Below, one piece after another: positions 24,846 through 36,809 of a stretch of 64,000 nucleotides of DNA. How positions within the stretch are numbered: the stretch's first letter is position 1; each line of letters opens with the position of its first letter. Under the pieces are notes generated by a model that ran no database searches, had not been told where the DNA came from, and worked only from the letters and a program-made list of their open reading frames with translations. The position numbers were made by a program, and so were the translations under genes. Origin of the DNA: Eledone cirrhosa (lineage: Eukaryota). The DNA is taken from positions 363,320,001-363,384,000 of the forward strand of contig OZ024740.1 in NCBI GenBank assembly GCA_964016885.1. Direction: 5' to 3'.

Positions 24846-27800
24846 TCACCCTCTGCTTAGACTGGAAAGTAGTCGATAAAAATGAGGAGAAAATTTCTGC
24901 AAAGGTAACATAAGTCAAGCAAAGCAAATACAAAAATGAAGAAAGAGAAATGAAAGAATAGTTCGTATGTAAATGGTTTTACAAAGTTTCTTGGGCCAAC
25001 TTCGAGATGTCATGACGTATGTTGAAGGTAAAGGAGTGTGTGTATGAAATTGTGGTGCTTGCGATGATGTTTGTATTGACACATGGTAGGAAGGGGGAGT
25101 ATGAAGCTATGGTGCGAGAGCATCTGTGTAGGCCCGCTTTAGTCTGTCAATAGAGACTGTGTCTCTATGTCCATTAAAGTCAATGGTGAAATGTTTGTCT
25201 GTAGGTGCTAGTACGCGATTGGGTCCAGAGTAAGGTGGAATGAGAGGACTTCTCACTGCGTCATTTCTGACAAAAACAGATAGATCCCTGAAAAGTTGAG
25301 ATACGAACTGCCTACCACGGTCTGTAGTAATAGTGGTAGGAAATCTGTAGTGCGATATCCATCCTGAAACCAGGGCTCGCGCTACTGATTCATCAGTTAT
25401 GTCACTAAGAGGGATGGCTTCAGGCCATCGGGTGAAATGATCAATGCAGATCAGGATGTATGAATATCCACGACTGACAGGCCAAGGTCCGACGATATCG
25501 ATATCTATGTGGCAAAAACGTGCGGCAGGTGTGCTAAATGTGCCGAGAGCTGCGCGAATATGTTTATGCACCTTCGACTTCTGACAAACAAACAGGAACG
25601 TGACCAAGCAGTAATATCACGTCTCATATTCGGCCAAAAGAATCTAGCTGAAATGAGTTTCACTGTGGTGGAAAATTCTGGGATGTGCCGGACTGTGTAG
25701 AGAATCAAAAACTATTCGACGTTGAGTCTCTGGGACCAGAGGGCGAGGTGAATCTGTCGCAGTATCACACAGAATCTGAGAGTCCAAAGTGGGAACAGGC
25801 AGGTATGTGAATTTGCAGATTGCTAATTCAGGTGAAGAGAGATTCAACGATTCTAGGGCGGGCTGTTCTGCAATATTCGCAGGTGCTGACAAGAAATTGA
25901 TGGGTAGGCGAGATAAGGCATACGCCGCTGTATTTTGTTCACCAGGTATATGACGAATGTCATTCGTAAACTGTGTTATGAAGTCCAAATGACAAGTTTC
26001 TCGAGGTGAGTATTTGTCCGGATTGGAACCAAGTGTGAACGTAAGTGGACGATGGTCGGTATAGATCGCAAATTATCAGCCTTCCAGTGAATGCCGAAAG
26101 CATTTGACAGCCAGGAAAATGGCTAACAGTTCCCAGCCGAATGTGCTATAGCGGGATTCGGCGGGCTTAAGCTGCTTTGAAAAGAAAACAAGAGGTTGAA
26201 GCTGTTGTTGGTGATGCTGTTGCAATACTGCACCTACCGCTCTGCTTGATGGATCCACAACCAGCGAAAACTGGGCACCAGACACAGGGTGTGCAAGAAG
26301 AGATGTGTTTGCTAAATTCTGTTTAGCTTTGGAGAATGCTTCGAGTTGCATAGGTTCTAAAGTGATTGGTTCGTTCTTCTTCTTTCTGTTACGCAGGAGA
26401 TCAGATAGTGGAGCTAAGAGTTCTACGCAATGTGGGATAAACCGACGATAATAATTTAGGAGGCCCAGGAACTGCCGTAGCTGTCGCAAGGAAGTAGGCG
26501 GATGGAGTGCCTGAAGAGCCTTCACTTTTTCAGGAAGTGGGAATATTCCTTCAAAACGACGAGTGAAGCAGCGTCGAAAATTCACTTCGCAGGGTTAATA
26601 CGAACTTGGTACTGCGTAAATCATTCAAACAGTTGGCGGAGGTGCGTGACATGATCCTCCGGTGAAGCACTCGCGATGAGAATATCATCGATGTAATAAT
26701 ATACAAAATCTAGGTCACGGACGACTTAGTCCATAAATCGCTGGAAGGTACTAGCAGCATTGCGTAATCCAAAAGGCATTATTAAAAACTCGAATGCACC
26801 GAAAGGTGTAATAATACCAGTTTTAGGAATGTCCGCAGGATTCACAGGGATTTGATGATATGCTTTGATGAAGTCCAATTTCGAAAAGATAGTACATCCA
26901 TGAAGCAAAGAAGCGAAATCCTGGATGTGAGGAATTGGTCCGGCACAGTGATCAAATTTAATCGCCGAAAATCTCCAGTGGGACGCCAGTCTTCCGAATG
27001 TTTCGGAACCATGTGCAAAGGCGAGGCCCACAGACTGGAAGAAGGGCGAACGATACCCAACTGCAGCATATGATTAAACTCTGCCTTAGCCGCTTTCAAT
27101 TTTTCCGGAGAAAGGCAACGCGGGCGTGAAAGAACTGGAGCACCCTTAGTCTCAATAAAATGCTTGGAAGAGTGAGTAGGGGTATCTACCGCAAAGTTCA
27201 GATTAGTTAATTCAGGAAAGGAATGCAAAAGCGCATGATACGGGTCATCCGAAGCAGCGATGAAGAAGACTGGACTGATAGCCTGGATTACTGAAGCACG
27301 TCCAAGCACAGAAAGATTCGTAGTTGCGTCCAATAAACGACGTGTCCGCATATCAACCATTAGATTATAATGATGCAAAAAATCGGCACCCAGAATAGGA
27401 TATGGCAAATCAGCTATGGTGAAAATCCATGAGAAATCTCTACGGAAATCCAGATCCAAAGAGCGAGAGATTTGTCTATACGTAGGGATAGCAGAATGGT
27501 TGATAGCATGTAGTGATATTTGTGAGAGAGGAGGTTTCTCTTTTAAGAGCTTCAAAGGCCGAATGTTGCACGACGCTCCCGTGTCAATGAGACAGCGTGC
27601 GTGCGGGGAGGAATCTGTGATAAAAAAAAAAAAGGCACGACTGTCAGTACAAGATTGCGAAGAAGACGGTGTGCTTAATTCTCCGGTACTCCGTTTCCCT
27701 GGTTTGGAAAAGAACAAGGCTGGATACATTTATGAGCCGAGGCTTCGAAACGCCTATGGTACCAGCACGTTCGCAAGGTTGAAGGTTGGAAACGACCAAG

Positions 27801-28904
27801 TGAAGATTGCGAACGATTTCGCAACCATTGTCGGGGAGTTCGTGATCTGGAGAAACGAAGAAGTTGTACCTCTTTTGTTAGGTCACGGAAGGCCTTGAGC
27901 GTTGCCTCAGTGGGCGAAGTGGCGCTAGCAGTAACCGATGCGACAGGTGAAGATGAAGAAGAATTTGCCGCAAGTCACGTCGGAGTAGAAGTAGTAGAAT
28001 TGCCGGTGTAATCAACGATCTTATCGGCGGATGAAGCCAACTGATCCACCGAACTGGTTTCCGTCATTGGTGCCAAAATGGCTTGCACATTAGGAGGCAG
28101 CCTAGAGAAAAATCATGGAGCTGTCGGCTGGTGCGTCTTCCGCGGGCTCTCACATCCTACGTAAGAACTGAGTAGGTCTGTAATCGCCGTAATGTACGCC
28201 GTTCACCAAAGTACGGAACTTCTCCACAGAGACAGAAAACGCTGGAGAATTTCCTTTTTGACACTGTTATACGTAGCTTCAGGATACGGGTCAGTAATTA
28301 AGTCTTTAACCGTTGACATTAAGGAAACAGGAATGGCACTGAGAAAAAGATGGAGCTGTCTAGAATCTGAAGATATATTATTTGCTAGGAAATACGATTC
28401 CATCTATGTGATCCAGATCCGCATATCACCAATATACACTGGTAGTGAATTACTTGCCATTGCTGTAATGTAAGTACTGCTTCCCTCGACCGAAAGAAAA
28501 GAAGAAAAAGAAGACGTTTGTTAACTTCGTCGCAAAATAACAACTGGATTATTCCTCGTGAATAAAATATAACACACAGCAATAACATTTATTTATATTT
28601 TTGTCAACATGGCCTGTCGGATTCCTTAGGCCGGGCACAACGCCACATAAAGGTTTCAAAGTCCTGTTGTGCCATTACCACTTAGAGAGTGCGCATGTTT
28701 AGGCCAAAATGAAAATGCGGGAACAAGTGAGGAAGAAGAAGGTGAGATGCCATGTTGGAAAAATTTCTATGTTCCAAAAACGCGTGAAAAGACCATGAAG
28801 AAGATGAAGGCGGCCATATTGCATAAGAATTCCATGTGTGAAGAAAAAAATTGTTCGTTATTGTCGGGTCAACATTTTGTAGTGAGAAGGATGTGTTCCT
28901 TTTA

Positions 28905-28916
28905 GTCGGGTCACCA
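28905..28916 (-). promoter_or_regulatory. Primer-binding site, tRNA-Trp-like
   Basis: TGGTGACCCGAC lies 1 nt downstream of the 5' LTR; CsRn1-clade elements use tRNA-Trp. Confidence 0.8.
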
Positions 28917-28917
28917 T

Positions 28918-29196
28918 TTTATAGGAACGATGAGGAGTTAAATATTACTTATATCTTTTTATAACTACAAGTTGAAATCTTCCAAGGCTTTTGTTTTTAC
29001 AAACGATTATAAGAAAAATACCTTAGTCGATGAGTTTGTTGCTTCGTACTTGCAGTGACATGCTTCTGACTTCCATGATATAAATAAACGAGAAGGTGAC
29101 AATCAATGTATTCATACGCGACTTACCATTGGTCTGTTTTAACCGAATAGCATATGAAAATGTTGCTATTGCGAGGTATTACGTAGTTCCACTACA
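28918..29196 (-). repeat. 5' LTR (279 bp; ~120 bp shorter internally)
   Basis: Near-identical to both ends of 24446-24845 but lacks the middle segment. Confidence 0.9.
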
Positions 29197-30224
29197 ACAC
29201 ATTCCAGCTGCTCTTCTCAGAAGCAACCGTCTCAAACTGACCCGACTGGATCCCCAAGCAGGAGCAGCCAAGCACATGAATGTTATCCAATGATCTTGCT
29301 CTGGGTCTCCTACTGGTTGATTTTGCTCGTAAAATCTGTCCTGAGACATTCTAAACACATGTCCATAGTGTCGGAACTATGACCTCTCAATTCGGAGAAG
29401 TAGCTGCTCAACCTGGAGTGACTCTCTGATCTCCGAGTTACGCACTTTATCGAGTAACCATACTCCAAAGTCCCTTTGGAGGAACCCCATTTTGGCTGTT
29501 TTTATTCACGATCATGTTCTTTCAGTTATTACCTAATATTCATGAGTTAAGGGTTGGCATGAATATCGAATTGAAGATAGCGTGTTTGGCTTTTACACCT
29601 ACCTCTCTTCTTCTGATTACCGAATGCTGAAGTTGGCACATTACTGCACCAGCTCCTGCAATTCTTGCACTTAATTCAGCCTTCTGCCTTCCATCTCTCT
29701 TGAACATGTCCTCGAGATCTTGAACTTCACCTGCTTCAGTTGAACTTCCTCCACATGTACAGTGTACTGAGCAGGCTTCCTTGAGAGGACGGCTGTCACA
29801 GTTTTTGCAGCACTGATTTTCATTCCAGCTATGCAACATCAGCATCAAACCTATCAAGTGCAAGTCGGAGATCACCTTCTGTCGAGTTAACTAGCACCAT
29901 TTTGTCTGTAAATTCCAGTTGACTGATTTTACACTCGCCAGTCATGATACCACTTCCATCCTGGCTGTGCATGTCAATCCTGTTCATGTAAATAATAAAC
30001 AGGAGAGATGACAGTACGCACCCTTCACGGAGTCCGACTCCCACATTGAATTGTTTCAATTTAGCACCATTTATCCGAACACAAATACTCGGGCATTTGT
30101 ATAGAGACACCAGGGCAGCAAGAAACAGACCATTGATCCCATACTACTGCAGAATCTTCCACAGCATGTCCCGACGATTGCAATCATATGCCTTTTTAAT
30201 GTCTACAAAACAAGATAACCAAAA

Positions 30225-31215
30225 ATAGACTACACATACTAATAAGGGCCCGGACCCATAGCATACAGCGCACAAACCACACACCCAAACATCAACACAC
30301 TATTGTTATGGTAGATCACGGAGCAACCACTAGCGTAGGCACACTACTAGGAAATAGACCTCGGAACAACATACACAGAAATGCTGTGCAGATACCATCA
30401 ATACAACGATTTGCAAACGCAAAGTTTCCACTGTATCTAGTCTAAATGCAAGGTCAGGCGTAGCAACTTCTAGATAAAATAACCCCACTACAACTAGTTG
30501 CAATACGAGATGCATTTCCACACCATAATGAACTCCATACTAGCGAAATAACACATTATGACATAAGACAATGACGCAACTAAACCCGCTCACGTAATAC
30601 CTTATGGCAGAGCCCCCCCCCCACCCCCAATAATAACAAATTAGAACAGAAACAAAATCAAAACTTAAGGGCACAAAAGCATACATTAGTAGATAACATA
30701 GCAGCCCTAGAAAGAAATTGAAAAGGACTTAGTAACAGACCCAATTTAATTCATTCTGAACCGGGGTTTAGCCACCCCAGTGGATAGAATTCTGACACAA
30801 CACATACACCCAATATTAACTCCAACTGCAGAAATCCAACAGACTACCCTATACAGAATATGTGCCTTCGTAGGAACATAGTAAGCGATGAAAAATATAA
30901 GTATATAGGTTCGACAGCGTCTAGTTTTAAAGGCAAGTGGTACAACCATTACCATTCATTTAAGAGAATAGACAATTAAACAGGATAGAATATAACATTC
31001 TTTGTTGTGGTTAACGTTTAAAGCCGCATACCTGTATGAGGGAGAATCCTTTACAGTTTGCTGTGATTTGTGCACCTCGGAAGATATGAAAATTGTAGAG
31101 GGTTGGCCCTACATAATAAATAAACACTCTGATTATTTTAACACGTATAGACACAAAAATCCTAAACCTTCTTAAAGTTCTTTAGTTAGCTAATATAATC
31201 TACTAGACTAACACG
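30225..31215 (+). mobile_element. 3' part of the Penelope-like element (GIY-YIG endonuclease remnant)
   Basis: TTLYRICAFVGT..EKYKYIGSTASSFK..WYNHYHSFKR, then C-D-L-C and INKHSD..RHKN-like tail. Confidence 0.7.
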
Positions 31216-31345
31216 TTCACTTTGAAATATTTTTTAAAAAAATCATGTTCATTTAAAAATAATTTTTAAATAATTAAAATATATACAGACATGTATTTAA
31301 TATAAAATGAAATTAGAAGGCCCATATATGTGTGTGTGTGTGTAA

Positions 31346-31434
<89 letters not shown>

Positions 31435-31569
31435 CTTTATGAATGTTCTAAATACTCTTTGGTTATTATTTATAAAGTACTTTGGCTCTGTAATATACTT
31501 GTTATTTTACATTGAGCTACTCTCATACTTGTAATTGGATAATATTTAATATTACCCACATTATATATA

Positions 31570-31609
<40 letters not shown>

Positions 31610-31771
31610 ACTGGATCTACCAACTCATAATATTATAATATATTATAACATTAAATCATAAATTTTTTAACACTACAAGTGAAGTCATTCTTTTCCTTTT
31701 TTTCAAATATACCTAACTGTAACAAGGATCTCACACATTTTCCAATATTCTACCACCTTGTACACGACAGA

Positions 31772-32962
31772 ATGACTAACACACGTTCAGAATCTGTTAC
31801 TGAATCCCTCAAATCGGAGACAATATTACAGGAGATCTCAAAAAAACTCTCCATAATGATAAGTAAGTACAACTCTCTTACTAATGCCCTATATGAAATG
31901 GAACAACAAACACGCAGCTATAGGGAGAAACTCGATTCCCTAACTGCAGACTGCCAGAAACAAGAACAAATTTCACCCTCTGAAATCATTACGCACGACC
32001 AGAATCCACCATTCAAAATGCGTTCAAAGAATGGAATGAACTGAATCTGGAAGAAGAAGCTTTCAAAACAAAGATACCAAATGAGAAATATTTGGAACCA
32101 AATACTAAGCCAAAGAAAACAGGCATACTGGAAAGCCTTGAGGAGTGCAAACCTAGCGGACACATATGAGATATGGCGAAGTAAAAAACAAGTCATCCTT
32201 CCGAGAATATTCCGGATTAAAGAAATAACATCAGAACCAAATGAAGAATCCAAAATAGGACAAAATCTAGCACTCCAGAAACTTGAGACAGAAATCACTC
32301 TACTCCGTCTAAGAGTGTCAAAATTTAAAGAGAAATTCGAAAAATGTGACACCACCATTAGAGAAGAAATAAACAAAAGAAGCATCGCTAATGTACGAGA
32401 AAAACTCTTTGACCTTTGGAAGAATGATGCAACCAGAGAGGAATTGAAATCAAAGAAAATCTTAGAGTCAAGAACACAATGGCTACAAGAATATGAAAAA
32501 AACTATGGGAAAGTCCAAATAAAATCGAAAAAACAAGCCCATAAGAAACCCTCAAATTCGGCAATATACAAAAACACAAGAAATGAAGAATTCTCACACA
32601 ATAAACAAACATCAACCAGAAATCGGAGAATTCCAAACACACAATTATACACAAACCAATTACTGAACACCAGAACCAGATACAACTATCAAAACCCCAA
32701 GAACAATTACCAGCGGCAAAATTGGAGGCATATGATGACCGAACGGAGCAGCAGAAGAACTAGACCCCCATATATCAACCACCAAACAAAATACTACCGT
32801 TCAGAAAATTATCAACAGGAAATGCCAGCGAACAGAACATTTCACCACAACAGAAACACCGCTACCTCAAATGGGAATTATTATTTTTTAGAACAAGGTG
32901 CCTCCCACCAAATGAAAGGAAAAAAGAAAAAAACACCACCCTTCAAGTGGCACCCAACGTGA
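31772..32962 (+). pseudogene. ORF1-like coiled-coil/basic protein upstream of the Neptune RT (one in-frame TGA at 32042)
   Basis: ORFs 31679-32044 and 32081-32962 share a frame. Heptad-like E/K/L-rich helices are followed by an N/R/Q/Y-rich tail. Confidence 0.6.
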
Positions 32963-35134
32963 AAACTCCAAAGGAACCAAAAATAATCAACATATCGGCC
33001 AAAAAAAACTAACACAACAGGAAATAAAATTGCTAGAAAATGCACTGAAATTCACACCAACTCCAAAAGCAGATCAAGCCGACCTCATAAAAGACAGAAG
33101 ATTTTTGTCAAAAATTACATCTAGGAGAATTCTTCCAGGGTGTAGAATACAAGGAGGAATCACTAGTAAGAAACAAAAAGAACTTCAGGCCTCCGTTAAA
33201 TAGAGACAAACACCTGGAGGACTATATAACCTACCTCCGACGATCAGCACAGTCAAATACTGCAGAGACGAAACACAAACACAACATTCCTACAGACCAA
33301 CTGCAAGCACTAAACAAACTACAAAAAGACTCCTCAATAATCATAAAAGAAGCGGACAAAGGTGGAGCAATCATCATCATAGACAAAAACCACTACAATG
33401 ATATGGTCCTAGAACAGCTGAATAACGAGGACTTTTACAGAAAAATCAGCAAAAACGAAGAAAGAAAATTGATGATTAAAGTAGGCAAACTGACGACCAA
33501 GTACCAAAACATCCTCACACTAAAGGAAATCAGTTACGTAACCAGCTTTGAAATGAAAACCAGCAATTTTTATGGTTTAGCGAAGGTTCACAAATCCAGA
33601 GAAATCCAAAATACACAAAAGGCAAAAATACATCATATGTTGAAGTACCAAAACCGACAGATTTTAAATTACGCCCAATTGTTGCCGGTCTAGCCTCAAG
33701 CACACAACGTCTAAGCAACCTATTAGACATCATACTGAAACCCTTATGTAAAAAAGTGCCAAGCTTCATTAGAGATGATATGGAATTCCTGAACTATATC
33801 CCCCAGAAAGTACACCATCTTATATACTAACATCCCACATGACTTAGGAGTTGAAGCTGTTGACTTCTGGATTACAAAACATCCAGACTACATTTCAGAG
33901 AGATTCCCAAAAAAATTTATTTTTGATAACGAACTATATTTACAAATAAAAGAAACGGCTATCGGTACCAAAGTGGCCCCAACATATGCAACACTCGTTA
34001 TGGGCCACCTGGAGGCAAAATTACATTCCAAACTGCAGGAAACATTCAGTCATGACTTCACCACCTACATTAATCACAACTGGAAACGCTACCTAGACGA
34101 CTGCTTCATCTTCTGGAATAGAAGCCAAGAAGACCTTCAAAGATTCCATTCAATCATAAACAATCTTCACGAAGAAATAAAATTCACCATGGAATGTAAT
34201 AAAAAGGAACTACGGTTTCTGGATATCCTTATCATTAAGGAAGGGGAAAATATCAAAACAGACTTATTTTACAAACTAACAGACACACACCAATACTTGA
34301 ATTTCCGTTCAGCACACCCATCACATACCAACAGGAACATTCCTTTTAACATGGCAAGATGCATCTGTACCATAGTGACACACCCCACACTACAGGAAAA
34401 AAGATTATATGAATTAAAAAAGTTCCTTAAGAGACAAGAATATTCAGTGAACCTCATCAACACAACCATCTCCAAAGCCCAGAACATCCCAGTGACAACA
34501 CTGAGAAAAACAAAGCAACAAAATAGAATGGAAAAAACAGTTATCCCTTTTGTCATCACTCACAATCCAAGGAACTTCAACATTGTAAAAGCCGCCAAAC
34601 AATATCTCCCGATTCTCCAGCAGTCCCCCAAAATGAATGCACTCATAAAAGATGCACAAATTATATATAGTAGACGCCAAGCACCCAACCTAAAGAAACT
34701 GCTTACCAAGGCAAAATTTACGTCTAATAATGAAGCAATGCAAGTTAAGAAATGCGGGGACCCTCGATGTGGGACTTGCGAACTCATTGAAGAGGGTGGA
34801 CAAATCTCCTTTAAAAACAACCAGTCTTTCACAGTTAATGCAAACATGAATTGCAAAACAAAAAACTTGATTTACTGTGCAACCTGCCCACAATGTAAAG
34901 AATACTACATTGGTGAAACCGGAATGGGTCTACATGACAGAGTTCGAGTACATAAACAACAAATTAGAGACCCCTCTGTCAGAAACACGCAGTGAACACT
35001 TCGCAACATGCGGAAAGGGAAATTTCACAATTTTCCCCTTCTTTAAGATATGGTCGGACAACAAACACTTCCGAAAATATAAAGAAGAATTCTTTATTAG
35101 AAAATACAAACCACTACTGAACACAAAAAAGTGA
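32884..35134 (+). mobile_element. Neptune-type Penelope-like element RT + GIY-YIG ORF, frameshifted
   Basis: IINIS..LTQQEIKLLENALKFTPTP, IIKEADKGGAIII, FYGLAKVHK, LRPIVAG, AIGTKVAPTYATLVMG, WKRYLDDCF, FLDILI, YLNFRSAHP, Cys linker KCGDPRCGTC, NLIYCATCPQCKEYYIGETG..RVRVH..EEFFIRKYKPLLN. Confidence 0.92.
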
Positions 35135-35316
35135 TATTCCATTTTCAAGCAACAGGATTCTCCCCATTCTCTTTTCTTTAAAAAAATCTCATATTGAAAA
35201 AGAAAAATTGTTGATGACACCAATCGCTGAAGAGAAGAAAAATCCTCAGAGGTACAATAACATTTCATTAATTTACCCTTCCCCACACCAATGTATATAT
35301 GAACTTAAACACCTGA

Positions 35317-36408
35317 GTGGATGTGTGTATAGATATTTGTATGTATAGATGTGTTTTTTTTATATGTGCCTGTAGGTATACAGATATATGTGTAGATGTT
35401 TACGTGTATGTGTGCATATGTGTGTGTGTATATTTATATATGTGTGTATGTATGCACGTGCGTATGTGTGAGATAGATATGTGTATATATATGTATGTGT
35501 GTGTATATATGTATGTGTGGATATGTGTATAATATATTTATATGTATATATATGTAGTATATATATATATGTATGTAAAAAGAAAAATATATATATATAT
35601 GTAGGAGGTATAAAATGTGTTTATGTGGAATATATATGTGTATGTATGTGTATATAAAATGTGTGGAGAATATATATATATGTGTATTTGTATGTGTGTG
35701 TGTATGTATATATGTGTGTGTATATATATGTGTGTATGTATGTATAAAATATATATGTGTGTATATGGGAGAAAAAAAAAATATATATATATCACGGAAA
35801 AGAAGCACCCAGCACTCACTGTAAATGAGGCTGGTGTTAAGAAGGGCATCCAGCTGTAGAAATCAAGGCAGAATCAGTTCCCGTCTCACCCTTGCAAGCA
35901 GGGAAAAGCGAACGTAAAATGAAATGATGAAATGATGATGATATATATATGTATGTATGTGTGTATATATGTGGGAGATATATATAATATGTATGTAGGA
36001 TATGAATAGGATGTATATGATATATGTGTGGGATATATGTGTGGTATATGTATAGGATATATATGGTGTGTATATAACAAACATGTATGTATGGTATATT
36101 TGTAAAAAATATATATATGTGGGGTGTGTATAGGATATATATATATATATTTATGTAGAAAAAATATGTGTGTATATGTGGTGCATATATATGTATGTGT
36201 TTGAAATATATGTATATGTAGTATGTATAGGATATATATATGTATGTGTATGTATGTGTGTGTATGTATATATATATATATGTATGTGTGTAGGTATGTA
36301 TATGTATGTATGTAGAAAATATATATTTGTATGTATGTGAGATATATATATATATGTGTGTATATGTATGTATATATATACATATATGTGTATATATGAG
36401 TATATATA

Positions 36409-36444
<36 letters not shown>

Positions 36445-36640
36445 AAAAAATATATATATACACACATATATATATACATATATATACACACATATATGTA
36501 CACATATATACACACACACATACATATACATCCATTTATACACATACATGTGTATATACACACACATGTATGTGTATGTATATATATATATACACACACA
36601 CATACATGTGTGTGTATATACACATGTATGTGTATACAAA
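35317..36640. repeat. Degenerate TA/TG low-complexity region with an embedded SINE at 35795-35942
   Basis: Direct reading. Confidence 0.9.
35795..35942 (+). mobile_element. SINE 3' part with RTE-derived tail
   Basis: aagcacccagcactcactgtaaatg...gaagggcatccagctgtagaa...cccttgcaagcagggaaaagcg..cgtaaaatg(atg)n; inverted copy at 44607-44760. Confidence 0.75.
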
Positions 36641-36809
36641 ACCCACACGTGGCCTTCTTCTTATCCATTATTTGCCCTTTCTCATACATGTCCAAGTCTA
36701 AATATGTGAGAAAAGCTGAACTGTAAGATTCCAACAGCAGATGTAGTAGGTAACTAACAAAACTTCTAAATATACAACTAAAAATTATTATTACTGCATA
36801 TAAAACTTG

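Larger units (their letters stand above)
24446..29196 (-). mobile_element. Ty3/Gypsy LTR retrotransposon, CsRn1-like clade; full structure but defective ORFs
   Basis: Two LTRs, ACAC TSD (24442-45 and 29197-200), PBS TGGTGACCCGAC, PPT aagcagagggtga. Gag CWYHRRF..SAHKCIQPC (CHCC), protease LIDTGAS, RT YYIDDILIAS, RNase H FFSKQL..YSTF..ELLAI, integrase HIDIVGP..ITTDRGRQF. Confidence 0.93.
24388..30220 (-). mobile_element. RTE-like LINE 3' part (24388-24445 and 29201-30220), split by a Gypsy insertion
   Basis: Motifs FVDIKKAYD, GVGLREGCVLSSLLFIIYM, FTDKMVL and AIFNSIFMPTL, with a (GAA)n tail at ~24388-24400. Confidence 0.7.

Noticed and set aside
32042-32044. In-frame TGA in Penelope ORF1 as selenocysteine or read-through
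   Set aside because: The copy has several other lesions and I recognised no SECIS element; a nonsense mutation is the simpler explanation.
35200-35265. Hammerhead downstream of the Neptune ORF (CTGAAGAG...CTC)
   Set aside because: No GAAA core or convincing stem I; at best degenerate.
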